Made by a program: the position numbers and the translations under genes. The notes under the pieces were generated by a model. The model did no database searches. It had not been told where the DNA came from and was given only the letters and a program-made list of their open reading frames with translations. From Trichodelitschia bisporula (lineage: Eukaryota), in assembly GCA_010356995.1 (NCBI GenBank), contig ML996696.1:250364-314363 (forward strand): DNA of 64,000 nt, read 5' to 3'. Of this stretch, positions 35,990-48,950 are shown piece by piece (position 1 is the stretch's first letter; each line of letters starts with the position of its first letter).

Positions 35990-37850
35990 GGAAGCATGAA
36001 ATCCGCCACCTCGTCGTACGATAAGCAGCTCGTACTCAAGGGCGCTTCATCTCACCGGAAGAGAAGAACTGGACCTAAAGTGGAATCTGGTCCAACACCG
36101 TGCCAACCGGACAAGCAACGCAGGTCACGCGCCTTGCCCCCGCCGCCCGCGCCGAACAAACCAGGTTTCGGCCCGCCTACGGCTTGTGAGGCCTGTTGCA
36201 TGCCTCCAATCCGCATCAGCAAGCCAGACGGCTAGAGGGCTAAGGCATAGGGCGGCCCCAATCGCCTCATTTCCGGGACGATCGGTGTTTTGTCCTTTGC
36301 CCGCAGCGTTGCACTCGTTCTATGAGCTTCATGGCCAATCGCTCTGGCAGGTGGGCTGTTGGAGCTCTGGTTCACCTCTGCCCGACGCTTCTGTTGTGCA
36401 ATGCTGCGGGAGCTAAATCATCGGCTGACGGAAGAGATAACGACACCATTGGGTGTTTCATTCCTCGTAGCTTTATCCTGTCATCAGCAGTAGATGATGT
36501 CTAGGGCTCAGGGGACCGCAGTCTTTCTCAGAAAGCTCCAGGGAATCACATCCGCCTTGCCCCTCGTTGCCCCTCACTTTCCTCTCTCATGGGATTCGGG
36601 ACGTGACTGGGTCGCTGGATATTCGGCAGGCTTATTGGTCCACGGTGATTGCGGCAGCTCTCAGCAGGCCATTTTGCTTTTTCTCTCAGCCAATGAATAA
36701 GCCGGTCGCAGGCGACATTTTTCCGCTCCTCGCGCGGTTGGAGAGTTTGAGGACTGTTGTACGACGTGAGTATCGAGGAAGCAGTTTGGCAGACAAGATC
36801 TCGATCGACAGGGCTGAAATTGGCGCGTGAACGTGGGAGAAGGGGAAAACCACTTCAGTTCCGTTTCCAGCACTCTTCTTCGGCATCTCGGCGTCCCACT
36901 TCCTGGGATTCAGATGTGATACGGAGTCATCGGGCATCGATCTGGGAAGCATTTTCGACGTCACACTGCAAGATACCCGCCAGCCCACCAGCTCGACGTC
37001 TGCCCAGCTGCGGAACTTTTCGTAACCGCCGCTAAATTAGTGTTGACACGGCGCACCCCAGCAATAGCGGCACCACAAGCGGCCCTAGCCCGCCGCGCCT
37101 TCGGCCCGAAACGCGATCGATTTCGGTACGTAACGAGCTGGGACCGCCCACTCGTCGTCCCTCCCCACCACCCTGCCCCCTCTTTATCGTGAATAAGAAA
37201 GCCCACCGCGCCGTCCCGCGCCCGGATGAGCGGTGTACGACCGCCGTTGCGTCCCACGACGTCGCGCAATCGCGCCTGACCAGCTGCCCCCCCGACCCCA
37301 CCCGCCCGACCCAAGGCCTCCCCGCTGGCAGCACGCGCGGGGCCGCGGCGCAAGGCTGGATCGCGCCTATATGCAGCATGTCACCCGCGCGGCCGCGCCC
37401 GCTGCTGCTGGCCTAAGGTTTAGGGGTGCTGGGCAGACGTCATGTCCTTGGAAGGCCGAGCAGAGGCCCAGCGAGGCGGTGCGATAGCCTCGTAGGCGTT
37501 GGGCTGCAGGGGCGGTTGGAGGATGGGAATGGTGACCGGGGGGGCGGGGTTGGACCCTGCGGGAATGGTACGAGGTGGGGTGGGATGGGATTGCGGTCGG
37601 AGGGAGATGCCGAGGAGAGTGGCCTTGGTGATGTTTAGGGAAGGGAGTAGTGTGCTCCGTGGGGTGAGGGTTGCATTCGTGGAGACGCTGGGATTGGGGG
37701 TTTGTTGCGAGGTAGCCTTGTGTGCTGGTTCTGGGCGTGTGACTGCGCAGTTTGCCGTGCCGTGCCTTGAGCCGTGTGCTGCGTGGGTGCTCGGATTGTT
37801 CGGTGTAGAATTCCTTCGCTTAGTTTGACGATGGAAACGATTGAAGTCCG
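35990..37850 (+). ncRNA. Candidate large structured non-coding RNA of unknown class; boundaries approximate
   Basis: No protein-like ORF. Many helices: 36300-36314/36396-36410, 36629-36636/36696-36703, 36995-37008/37428-37441, 37325-37333/37403-37411, 37465-37473/37497-37505. Non-Watson-Crick positions are mostly G-U on the + strand. Confidence 0.4.
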
Positions 37851-38010
37851 TTACATTTGCCCTTGAGAGTGACGGGAAGATTCCGATGCATGGAACCCTG
37901 GGTGCCTGGTGCACGTGAGTACGCGAGCCCGCGTGAAGTATCCCGTCCGCCACCGGGTCTCCTTACCGCGACCCGCGACACTGCGCCCTCGCAACTCCAC
38001 CGCCATCACC

Positions 38011-39567
38011 ATGCCGCTGGGAATAACGCGCCTAAACGAGCGCACGCAGCGCCCAAATGCGCTCATCAACTTCATCAAACCGCTCCCGGGCTCCACATCC
38101 CCCACCAGCGAAGCCTACCTCAACGCCGTCGCCGCCATCGTCTACCCGATCATGAAAACCCACCACCTGGCGCTGATGTCCCTCGAAGAACACGCCTGGA
38201 ACAAAGAGTTCCTGGGCCGCAACTTCAACGCCGGCGAGGTGGTGCAGCTGGTCCTGCGGGACCGCGGTGGTGGCTATCTCCCTATCCGCCATGTGGAGAT
38301 GGTGGTGATCCACGAGCTCGCGCACTGCGACCAGATGAACCACAGCCGCGCATTCTGGGCCGTACGGGACAAATACGCAGAGGAGCTACGCGAGTTGTGG
38401 GCGAAGGGGTATACAGGCGAGGGCATGTGGGGCCGGGGCACGGACTTGCTCACCGGGCGGAGCGTGGGGCAGCGTATGCCTGACGCCGACGTACTGCCAG
38501 AACATCTCTGCGGCGGCACGTACAGGAGCTGGGGGCGGAAGCGGAAGAGGAAGGGCACGGAGGCGGGCGGGCTGACGAGTGCGGAGAAGAGACAAAGGCG
38601 GATACTGAAGAAATTTGGCCCTGGGGGCATGGCGCTGGGCGCGGATGAGAATACACGGTTGACGCTTGAGGCGGGGAAGGGGACGTTGGCGAGGCCTCGC
38701 GTGGCGGGGAGTGCGAGGGGACGGGAGTTGAGGGCTGCGGCGGCGTTGGCAAGGTTTGGGAAAGAGGGGGTTAAGGAGGAGAGCAGCGAGAGCGAGACGG
38801 AGGATGAGTATGAGGTGATTGAGGAAGAGGGTGATCCCGCGCTGGATGGGCAAGGGAAGAAGATTCTCGACGCGAAGGGCCGGGGGATGAGGCGTGTATG
38901 TGGCTCCGAGGATCAGGCTGATGAGGAGGTCAAGCGCGAGATGCAGGAGCTGTGGGATGTGGATGCCGACGATGGAGATGGAGATGGGGGGACGCGCTCG
39001 AAGGCGCCGTGGATCAAACGGGAGGATGAACAGCTGGATGATCCCATCATCATCGCCGAGAAGCCGCGTCCCCGTCCCCGTCCTCAAGTTCCCGAGTCCA
39101 CGGCCCCAACCACCGTCACGAAGACAGTCAAGATGGAACCGAAATCATCCGGCCCAGGTCCGACATCAGCCTCATGGCCCGCGCTCTCCAATACCAGAAA
39201 GCAGTCCACACCCAAAATTACCGCCGCGAAGCCAGGCAAGTCCCTTGCAAACACCACTCGGCCAACGCCCTACGCAACCATCCCATCCCGCCCGCAAGCC
39301 AAACTCAAGACCGAACCAAAACCATCCGCCGCATGCCCGACACCTACCTCACGGCCCGCCCACTCCACTGCTTCGAACCAGATCTGCGCCGTGTGTTCGC
39401 TGGCCAATGCGCCGGACACGCTCTTCTGCACCGCCTGCTTCCACGTGCTCGACACCGAGCGAACGCCGAACCACTGGCGCTGCCAGAGCGCCATCTGCCA
39501 GGGCGGCATCTACGTCAACATGGGTGACTTTGGCCGGTGTCAGATCTGTGGGGAGGTGAAGAAGTGA
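38011..39567 (+). CDS. WSS1: WLM-domain zinc metalloprotease (Wss1-like) with C-terminal zinc fingers
   Basis: EFLGRNFNAGE, HELAH..MNHSRAFW, a VIM-like RELRAAAALARF, and C-terminal CxxC pairs (CAVC..CTAC, C..C..CQIC). Confidence 0.85.
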   Translation: MPLGITRLNERTQRPNALINFIKPLPGSTSPTSEAYLNAVAAIVYPIMKTHHLALMSLEEHAWNKEFLGRNFNAGEVVQLVLRDRGGGYLPIRHVEMVVIHELAHCDQMNHSRAFWAVRDKYAEELRELWAKGYTGEGMWGRGTDLLTGRSVGQRMPDADVLPEHLCGGTYRSWGRKRKRKGTEAGGLTSAEKRQRRILKKFGPGGMALGADENTRLTLEAGKGTLARPRVAGSARGRELRAAAALARFGKEGVKEESSESETEDEYEVIEEEGDPALDGQGKKILDAKGRGMRRVCGSEDQADEEVKREMQELWDVDADDGDGDGGTRSKAPWIKREDEQLDDPIIIAEKPRPRPRPQVPESTAPTTVTKTVKMEPKSSGPGPTSASWPALSNTRKQSTPKITAAKPGKSLANTTRPTPYATIPSRPQAKLKTEPKPSAACPTPTSRPAHSTASNQICAVCSLANAPDTLFCTACFHVLDTERTPNHWRCQSAICQGGIYVNMGDFGRCQICGEVKK

Positions 39568-40064
39568 AACGGCCCGGGAAAGCTGAAGCGTTGCTGATGC
39601 TTGAAACAGAGGGTCCGTCTCGCTTGATATGGCCTCATAGAAGTGGCATCAGATAGCAAAGCACCCCATACTTTGTACAACCGCTCTTGTGGCTTCTCAA
39701 TTAGGAGAAAAAGTATCATTTCGCGCGTTCAATCGTAGGCTGATCATCATGTCTGATGGGTCCGGGTTCTCTTAAACAGGCAAGGAGCGACAGACCAAAC
39801 AAATTGGCCCACAGCCTTGCATCCAAGCGCAAGATGCTAATCCCATGCTGTAGCCAACATCAAACAACCGCTCGAATGCAACTAGATCGCCAATGGCCCC
39901 ACCCTAAAAATGAAAGCGGCCGCCAATCGAGCGAAGTCGGCACATATCTTGATCCACACGCAACCGACAATCAAAGTCGTACCAGTTCGCCGCTACAACC
40001 AGATCTATCTAACAAGTACAAGGCAATCGAGCATTAGAATTACTTAGGTACCCATCAGATCTGC

Positions 40065-41755
40065 TCACGCCCCGAGCTCCCCGCTTTCTGGGAGCGTAAA
40101 ATCATCCCGATGAAGCCCCTTCAGCACCTCCTCTCCTTCCTTGGTCAGATCCGGCTTTCCGATGGGTGTGACAGCGCCCACGAAAAATCGTGGCTGCCAT
40201 TCGGTGTTGCGCGCCTTGCGCTCTGCCGCCTTCTGGCGCTGGCGCTCCTCAATCTCTTGTTTCAGCGCTGTCGCACGGGCATATTGCTTGCTGAGGATGG
40301 CATCAGTCACATGCTGCCAAAAGCGACGGGACTCGTTTGGAAGCTGCTTTTCCATCGGAGGCACAATCTTAGGAACGGGAAAGAGGGGGTTCAGGTCGAT
40401 TAAGAGATGTTTTTCCTGCAGAATGAGTCCTGTGGTCGGTCTGAGTTAAGAGGGGGACACACCGAGGATTTCGCAAATGGCTGGCTACCCAGCGTGTAGT
40501 AGATCTTGTCGGTCCATGCTCCTTCAATGCGAGCAACAACATCCTTGTCCGACACCTCTTTGATCTTGGTCTTGGTGTCGTTCTCTGGGTCGTAGGTGAA
40601 AATGATCCCTTCGACTTTGTTCTGCGTCCTGCCCAGCCAGCCTTCCTCAAGGTATTGGAGGATGACTTTCAGTTTCGTCTTTGGACATGTCACGTAGCAT
40701 GCGTCGGTCACACTAACGCTAAGTGCCCCTTGAACGCTTCAGTCATCGTCGCCTCACAGTGTCTGGAGCATACCTCGCAGTAAGCCGCCGAGATGAGCAG
40801 CTGGGTGGGTGAGTTGATATTGCTCATCATCCCACTTCTGGAGCGTGATAAAAATGCCAAAATTGTGCGATCCAGGCGTCACTCTGATGCTAGTGCCCGT
40901 GAACTTCGCACTGAGATGGTCATAGCCGCGAGCTATTATGCCCTTCTCGGGACAGTCGATAAAGAAGGCAGAGACGGGCGGATGATGCGAGGTCTGTTCG
41001 GTCAGAAACGAGATCTTAACTTTGTTGGTGCCGCTCTTGTTTGATGCGATGCTCGCTGCACTGCTTTGGGACGCGCTGGAAGGGTGCTTGAGCGGGGGGG
41101 AAGTGTCGTCCACTTCCCAGTTACACTGCAGGATAAGCTTCGTATCCAGTGTATCTATGGGCACCTACCCTAAAGAATTCGCCCAGCGTCGAGTTATATG
41201 GCTTGCAGGGCTTTCCTTTGACATATTTCTGCCAGCATTAGCCTTCCGAGGCCATACTTGTCCATTACATACCAAGTCCTTTGTGAACCAAAACCGCAGG
41301 GTTCCGAGCATGCGACCGACGGGAGCATCTGAGTCCCCGATGCTAGTAATATTAGCCTCGCACCTCCGCGACAGGCCAGTAGTGGGCACCTGATGAATGT
41401 TTCGGGTCGATCCAGATAGTTCCAGTATTCTGCGTCATATTAGCCTCCCGCCGCCGGACGTAGACGGCAAGAACGCACCGAGATTGGGAGTCGGCTCGAG
41501 CAACTGTGCGGGAAGAGAGAACCTAATTGCGGCGAGGTCGGAAACGCCAATGAATCTGCATGCCATGCGTTAATATAGCCCGGAAGGTTACCGACTTGGG
41601 CCAGGCGGAGAGTGTGCCTACCTCCGCAGTATGCCCAGAAACGTCTTCAGCTTCGATCCGTCATCTTGCTGCTTCTCCTCAACTGCAGGAACGCTGACGG
41701 ACGGTTCGGAAGCGGCACCAATCGAAGGTCCGGTAGCCTCCTTTGACAAAGCCAT
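40065..41755 (-). CDS. Short oxysterol-binding protein (ORD only)
   Basis: DLAAIRFSLPAQLLEP, KPYNSTLGEFF and the OSBP fingerprint EQTSHHPPVSAF. Eight exons by manual splicing. Confidence 0.9.
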
Positions 41756-42697
41756 GGTAGAAACGGGGAATGATTTGGTGGCGGAAGTCAAGGGTGCAAT
41801 GAAGGGAGCGGAGTTGGCTGGAGCTGAGGCAAGTTTGAGTCTGTAGGCCGCGGATCGGGTGTAATGAACAGTAGGGGGGGGGGGTTATGGGAGTGCGAAA
41901 GAAGAGGTCTACGGCGATTGAGGTGATGTTGTACTGTGGGAGATGGTGGTTGGTACGTATTGTGGTTAGGATATGGGGTGCAGTTGGTTGGTGAGTTGCT
42001 CCACAAGTCGGCGCCCTTGACGTAAAGCGCCGGCCGAGCAGGTGGCTTCGGGAGCTTGGCACTACAGTACGGTAGAACTAGTACTAGTAGAGCTACGTAC
42101 CTGTCAGGCCGGCGACCACTCCGCTCCTCCCGTCGTCATCAAAGGCGATGTCTTTACTGTAAAGCCTTGATAAGTCCAGTTCCTTTTTTCTCCTTTAGGA
42201 CCTCTGTTACTTTAACCATGATGTCAGAACGATAAGGCTAACTGGACGATCAAAGGCATTCAAAAAACTGGTACAGTCTGTCACTCTCATACACTCATTG
42301 AAGCCTCACCTTTGCACGAACCGAAACTGGGATGCATTGGAGGGGGAGCCAGTCCTACTATCGAGCCATCGTAGCCAATCAACACCGCACGTCTTCGGAT
42401 CACAGCCTTACAGGCTGTCATCCAAAAATTTCACCTTGAAACTTATGGCCTAGAACCATATCAGAGAGGTCGTCTGGACTGACACGGACGGTGTCATCTG
42501 ATAAGCACACAAATGAGATAGATGGAGGCTTTTAGCTACGGTAATGCTGCTAGACTACGAGATATGAAGTGACAGTTGACTCTAAGCAACTTCTCGTACC
42601 TATATCCGTTCAATGGCACACCAGGATCCTCTCAGAGACTCAACTCTCTCAGATAACGCCACCATAACATAATCTGCGCAGTAGCACCATCACGTAT

Positions 42698-45521
42698 TCA
42701 TTCCCAGTCGCGCCAGGCCCCGATCTCCAGCAATTCGCTCGGATTACCCTCACACCATGCCTCCAACCAGAAGCGCTCTACTGTTGGCATTTCGACGCCA
42801 GTCAGACGATCAATGACAAGATAGAGATCACTCCTCGTGCGCATTGCGGGCCAGAGGTCAACGGGACCCAGTCTCACTCCGTGTTCGGAGTCGCTGTGTA
42901 CGCCGTTACCACTCACGGCAACGGTCCGCTGCTCAGGCCCAGCACCCAATACGATTGACAACACGATAGGGCTCCTAGCACTGATGGCAGCGGGATTTTC
43001 GAAATTGGCGATAAGATTGATGGAGGTGAAACGCCAGACTACCATGGGAGCAGCCATCTTCTTGATCTGAGGCCCAAAACAGGCTGGCCGCAGGTACTGC
43101 GGTATCTTGCCTGAGTTTTCCGGCATGAGTTCTTTGACTAGAGTCTCAACAGTGCTGTCGACTCGCAAAGTGAATGTTGCAAGTTGACCAGCTTCATGCG
43201 TGGAGCATATTATAGTGTAGGTCCCAGGATTCAGGTTGACGATTTCCGCAAAGGCGCTACCGCGACGATACTCGCCAGATGACTTGATGATATCGCGATT
43301 TGCAAGTTCCACGATCCTCTTACCAGCTCCATGGGCAAGGTGCAGATGGACATGATAATCCGGGTGGACCGTTTCCAGCAGCAATGCGATGGTTGTTTCA
43401 GCTGGAATTGTCAGACTGAACTGGGGGTTCTTGGAGAAGGTAGCGCGTTGTGATCCGCCGGCCGTAGACGTTATCCAAGCGGAGTCGGTACTGGTGCTAA
43501 ACGGGAACCTGCTGGGTGCATCTTGCAGGAACACTGGATGAACTCCATACGCTGCCAGCGTGAAAGGATGCTTCCCGGACGGGAGACCCTGTTCTGAAGC
43601 TACCACTGTGTAAACAGACTCCCTGGGGACATCGAGCCTCAAAAGAGTTTGGGGAGAGTCCACGTAAGGGCCGCGCTGGAGGTGATTGTCGGTAACGTAG
43701 ATGCGCTTTCCTTGGGCGTTGAACACGTAGAGGCTGATGTGGCCGCCAGAGTTGCTGGATGCGCCTTGGTCATCTTCTTCCACGAAATGACGACAGAGTA
43801 GAAGCCATATGACTCCTCCCTTCTTGGACGTCAGGGAGAATTGCGGATTCTTTGAAAAGCTTCCCGTAGCGCTCCGACGCCCGGTCAGATCCCACAGGAA
43901 GTGAATGTCCTGGCGGTGCTTGAACAGCGCTGGATTCCAGTTGAGATAGATTGACTCGAAATATTGAAGAAGGCTGCTCCAGTCAATCCAGAAGGTGCTC
44001 GCGTCCTTTTTAGCACTCGCTGGTAAGGGCCACTCCTCGGAATCGGGATCAACTTTATCATCACCTTTCTTAACGGAATTACCCTTCCACCCAGTTCCCT
44101 CACACCACGGGTTCTTCAACTGGATCCACTTGTGATCGCCATCTTCCTGGAGGTCGATAACAGCGTAGTCATGCTTGCCAGCGAGGCCAAGCTCCCGCTC
44201 CAGGGAGTGTGACATCTGTCCCGTACCGACAGTGATGAGGACGTCCCCGTAACCGAAGGCATTCAGCATCCGCTGCCAGATCGCGGCTGGATCGGTCAAA
44301 TCACTAAAGTGAAGTGTTAGCACCACGCAAAATGAGTAGTTGATGTTTCCATACTCTTGGAGAAAGATTTGCTCCGGGATCCACCCGGTGAGGATCCAGA
44401 GATCAGTGCCTGAGTTGCTGCCAGGGAAGTCATAACCACCCCGAACCTTGAGGTAGGCCTTTTCGAGGAGGGCTGGCCAAAGCAAGGTTGGATTATTGCG
44501 GTCGATCACATGAAGGATTCTAGACGAAGAGACAGGCAGCGTGTCGTCGATGACAACCTTGCGGTCGCACCCATTGAAGTTGAGGCGCACCACATACTTG
44601 CCATTAGGAGACATCTTTGGAATGTTCTTCTCCGTGTCGTACGGGTAGATGGTGTTGCCCAGGATCTAGCGCCCTTGTAAGCGCAATAGGGAATAGTTGG
44701 AACAGCCATACCTTGTCGTATCCACGCGCGGTGCGCGCGGCTTCGGCACAGAGGCTAGCCACGAACGAGCAGTCCGAAGCTGCGTCTTGAACCAAGCCAA
44801 TGACATTGACGGCCTCCATAGTAGGGAGGGGCGCAACCGAGCCTTCCACTTGCAGTGAAGGGGGTGGCAAGGCATGTTTAGCGCGCTTCCAGCCAACGAA
44901 TGACTTCAGCTGCTGCTCAGACAACCGCAAGACTTTCGGATCACTGCAAAGAAGTATGAGCAGAATCTGATGAAGTGGTAAATGCCTTACCTATACAGAT
45001 CACGGTTATGCGGAAGCTCGAACTCTGCAGGACGCGGAACCTCCTTCCACGGCGGGAACTGGAGTCCGTGGAGCTTCGAGCTACGCAGCAGGATGATCTG
45101 CTCCGCTCTGCTAAGCTCGCGGTTGGAGACAGGTCCAGATTCGGCCAGTTTTACGGATGAAGCGACCGAGGACTTGACAGTACGCAGCGGACGGTCGGTC
45201 CTGCCGTAGTTTGGCTTCCAGGTGGTTGACTTTTTGATCCGCGCAGCTTCATCCAACATCGACGTGCATTGGTCGCGGAAACCGGTCTTCTCTCCCTTGT
45301 CGGTAGCAATCGACAAAGCAGAAATACAGACCTGAGCTGCTTGAACGGCGATGTTGACAGCCTCACCCTGGGAGGTAGCACTATCCAGGCGGGTTTTTAG
45401 TTCCTGCAGAACGTCAGTGCTGTTTCTTAAGCTCAATGAATCGGACAGCGCTCGCCTGGAATTGCAGTCGCAGAGCGTCAAGGTCTGGGGCAGACCCCGT
45501 AGTAGCCTGGGAGGAGCTCAT
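42698..45521 (-). CDS. palB: Calpain-like pH-signalling protease PalB/Rim13
   Basis: Catalytic triad QDAASDCSFVASL / KHDYAV / LKNPW, WPALLEKAYLK and calpain domain III repeats (NPQF). First intron predicted GC-AG at 45404-45455. Confidence 0.9.
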
Positions 45522-47122
45522 GCTGCAAGATGCAGGAGAGGAATTGGCCACTCAGGAACGCGCTGCGACAACGGTTCCACACGGACAGTAGTGACGCCCT
45601 TGAAGGAGAGGGGAATTGAAGAGGTGGTTGGCGGTTGAAGACAGCGGGGATTGCTGAAGCAAAGCATGAGTGCACTTGAGAGAATCGGCTGCCTGAGAAC
45701 AGAATTTCCCAACTTTCAAGCTGTGGTTGAGGATACAGATGCGCAGGACATGGTAGCGGCAGGAAACAGCAGTCACTCCTTAGCCTGCTCCTTCTCAGCA
45801 AGCACTCGTGGAAATGCTTGAAGGTGACGATGCTGCGTTATTGGGCGCTGAGCAGCGCCCAAGAATGATAACAGACAGAGTGAGGAATGAAGTTTAACGG
45901 AAAGCCAGAGACCTGACTTTATATCCGTGATCTGACTTTTGGTTTGCGAATATCAAAATAAAAGAGGAGGCCTCCATGCGTTGGCGAGGTAATCAGGCTG
46001 TGCGGAGCGAGTTCCGGGCATATAATCAGGCCATACAGATGGAGGGTGAAGATGTACTGTGGTATGAGAATGCACCCCAGTGAGGCTCGGAAGTGAGGAG
46101 TAATAACGAATGCTGTGGTATGCACTTTGTAGCCCTGTATGTCCTGCAGCTGATGCTCATCGTTACCTTACCATGTTCATTCACGTGCTTGTACTAAGAA
46201 TAGTTTCTAGCCAGCAGTCAAGGTCTTGGTCTTTCTACTGTACCGTAGATTCTGGGTCTTCCACACTCCCTGTGGCGGTGTGATCTCTCCTCAGCCCCAA
46301 GCTCGGAATTGTTTCGCCGTTGGTGCGGTTGTTTCTCGGAACTGGTCTAGAGAGCCTAAACCCCGCAAAGTGGCCTCGGTACAAATTGATAGGATGAGAA
46401 GGAAAAGCTGGGGGAATCTGGTACAAGTACTAGTACGGTACTGGCATTTTGGTGAATGTCTTGAGGCACGTCATCTTGGGGTACTTAGGCTATAGGATAC
46501 GTACGGATGTAGTTGGTTGTCATACAGTGTGGAATGAGAGGGGGTTGGTTTTATACGGAAGATCTAGATCACACTGGAGCCTTTGAGAATGCTGCTGCCA
46601 CCAACAGTAAACTTCCGTATGGTACTCTACGTACTTCCGTAGTATGCGAACATCTGCCCATCCCGATCTCGTCCGTTCCACATGAGAGGTGAAAGGAAAA
46701 ACAAGGGGCTGGAGAGAAGGTTATCGATAACCCCGGCTCCCCCATGCGCGCGGCCTTCTGGATGGCGCCGCTGCGGAAGCTCATCCTCGGCTCTCGGATT
46801 TCCTCAATCTACTCTCGCTGCGCGCGAACAAGGCATGGCGCCAAACTGCCAAAGTAAACCCTCTTGTCCGTTTCTTCGTCGGTGTAAATCCTGCGGCTTA
46901 CATCTGTCCGCAATTCCTTCTTCGCTGCCATTGCCCTTCGACGATGATCAGTTAGACAAACCCGCTTGTATTCCCCCGCGTCGTCGCTGAATCCCGCTTT
47001 CGTCACCTGCCCCCCCCCCCACCAACAGACGACGTCAGCCCGCTCGCTCCGCTCCCCTCTACGAGGTACTCGCCTCTCGACCGTATATCCCGTTCCACCT
47101 CTCGCACAAAAGTTCCGCTTCC

Positions 47123-48291
47123 ATGCCTGCCCCTTCAAAAGAGGCCCCGCTGCCTCCTTGGGGCTTTGCGGTCGCCGGCGCCACTGGCGCTGTCATCGCA
47201 AATGCATTGGTGTACCCGCTGGATCTGTATGTCGTGTTTCCGGCGACTTGTTGAATGGTAATGCTCACAGGGACATCAGTGTCAAGACCCGCCTGCAAGT
47301 TCAGGTGAAGCGACACCCCAACGCCGACCCACATCCCGATGATGTGGAACACTATGCTTCAACGTGGGACGCAATCACAAAAATTGTCGAGCACGACGGG
47401 TTGACGGGCCTCTATGCGGGTATGGTCGGCTGTCTTACGGGCGTTGCATCGACCAACTTTGCCTACTTTTACTGGTACACGGTTGTGCGGACGTTCTACA
47501 TTTCCTACCAGGCTGTCCCATCAGCGCCGGGCACCGCCGTGGAGCTGTCGCTGGGCGCTATTGCCGGCGCCCTGGCTCAGGCTTTTACGATTCCCGTCGC
47601 CGTTGTCACCACGCGGCAGCAGACCCAACCGAAGCATGAGCGCAAGGGACTTATCGGCACGGCGAAGGAGATCATTGACAGCGAGGACGGGTGGACTGGG
47701 CTCTGGCGAGGGCTGAAGGCGAGCTTGGTGCTCGTCATCAACCCTTCCATCACATATGGCGCATACCAGAGGTTAAGAGTCCTCTTGTTCAAGGACAAGA
47801 AGAACCTGGCAGCTTGGGAGTCGTTCGGTAAGTGCCAAAGGCTGCTGGATGCGCCGCACAGGCTGATATATGCTCTGTAGTCCTTGGTGCCATGTCCAAG
47901 GCGCTTGCTACCGTCGCTACCCAGCCCCTGATCGTCGCCAAAGTAGGCCTGCAGTCGCGGCCGCCGCCGTCTCGCAGGGGCAAGCCTTTCAAGACCTTTG
48001 GTGAAGTAATGAGCTTCATCATTGAACACGAAGGCGTGATGAGCTTGTTCAAGGGTATTGGTCCGCAGCTGCTGAAGGGTCTCATGGTGCAGGGTCTCTT
48101 GATGATGACGAAAGAAAGGTATGATGCAAGTCCTAACCTTACCACATCCCTGCTAACGGCTATTCAGAATGGAGCTCTCTTTCATTCTGCTCTGGCGCTA
48201 TTTGCGCCAGCTTCGGAGCCAACAGCTGCACAAACTCGCCAGCCTCGCGGCGGAAAGGGCGAAGAAGGTCGCCCCTGTAATAGTAAAGTAG
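47123..48291 (+). CDS. ANT1: Peroxisomal adenine nucleotide transporter (mitochondrial carrier family)
   Basis: PWGFAVAGATGAVIANALVYPLD, STNFAYFYWY, GLKASLVLVINPSITYG and QPLIVAKVGLQS. Three introns. Confidence 0.88.
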
Positions 48292-48950
48292 ACGAGCAGG
48301 CGTGGGCTTCGATTTACTTCATTTCCTATGTACATGTTAGTAGCATATGTGGGGAGCCTTTGTACTTTGGATAGGGTTTGCGGCTGTTCACTGCACCGGG
48401 CGCCACCTTTAGATGCCTTGCGAGTACCACATTTCCCCTTTCATTCGGGGCGCACAGAGTATGAGATAGAAAAAAACATACCAGCTATGAGCTTTCGCAA
48501 CGCCTGCGACTGTCGTCATTATTGCCAGCGTGCTCTACATGTAAGAGCATTTTGTTGTGCTGTGATGCAAGTTTGAACACTTCGCCTTGCGCCTTCAACG
48601 CACCAAGGACTGCTCCCAAAAATGATGAGCGCCCCCCCAAAAGATGTCGCAGCCGGAATTTGCGCAGGCTTTGGCTGAGTGAGAAGCAGAGACTATGGTT
48701 GGGGGTGGGGAAACGCATAGCCCTTCCGGACTTCTTCAGGGTCAATGTGCGCTTGCTCTTGATTGGCCGCCTACACCCACAAGAACCCCCCGCCACGCTA
48801 GTCACCCGCCCCACGCTGCCGTTGCAGTGGCACACGACATCAAAGCAGGTCCCCGAGAAAAGCACCTGGCACTCACGCTCTAAAGCTGTGCACATTCGCA
48901 ACTCATACTCCTCACAAATCTCAACCAACTACCTCCAATTGACGACAAAT

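Noticed and set aside
36442..36487. Hammerhead-ribozyme-like core on the - strand (CTGATGA...GAAAC-ACC-CAAT-GGT-GTC)
   Set aside because: Stem III forms, but stems I and II do not base-pair, so the core cannot fold.
37420..37953. 177-aa - strand ORF divergent from WSS1
   Set aside because: Low-complexity Pro/Thr/Ser product of a C-rich strand with no ATG near its start and no domain. It cannot be fully excluded without RNA-seq.
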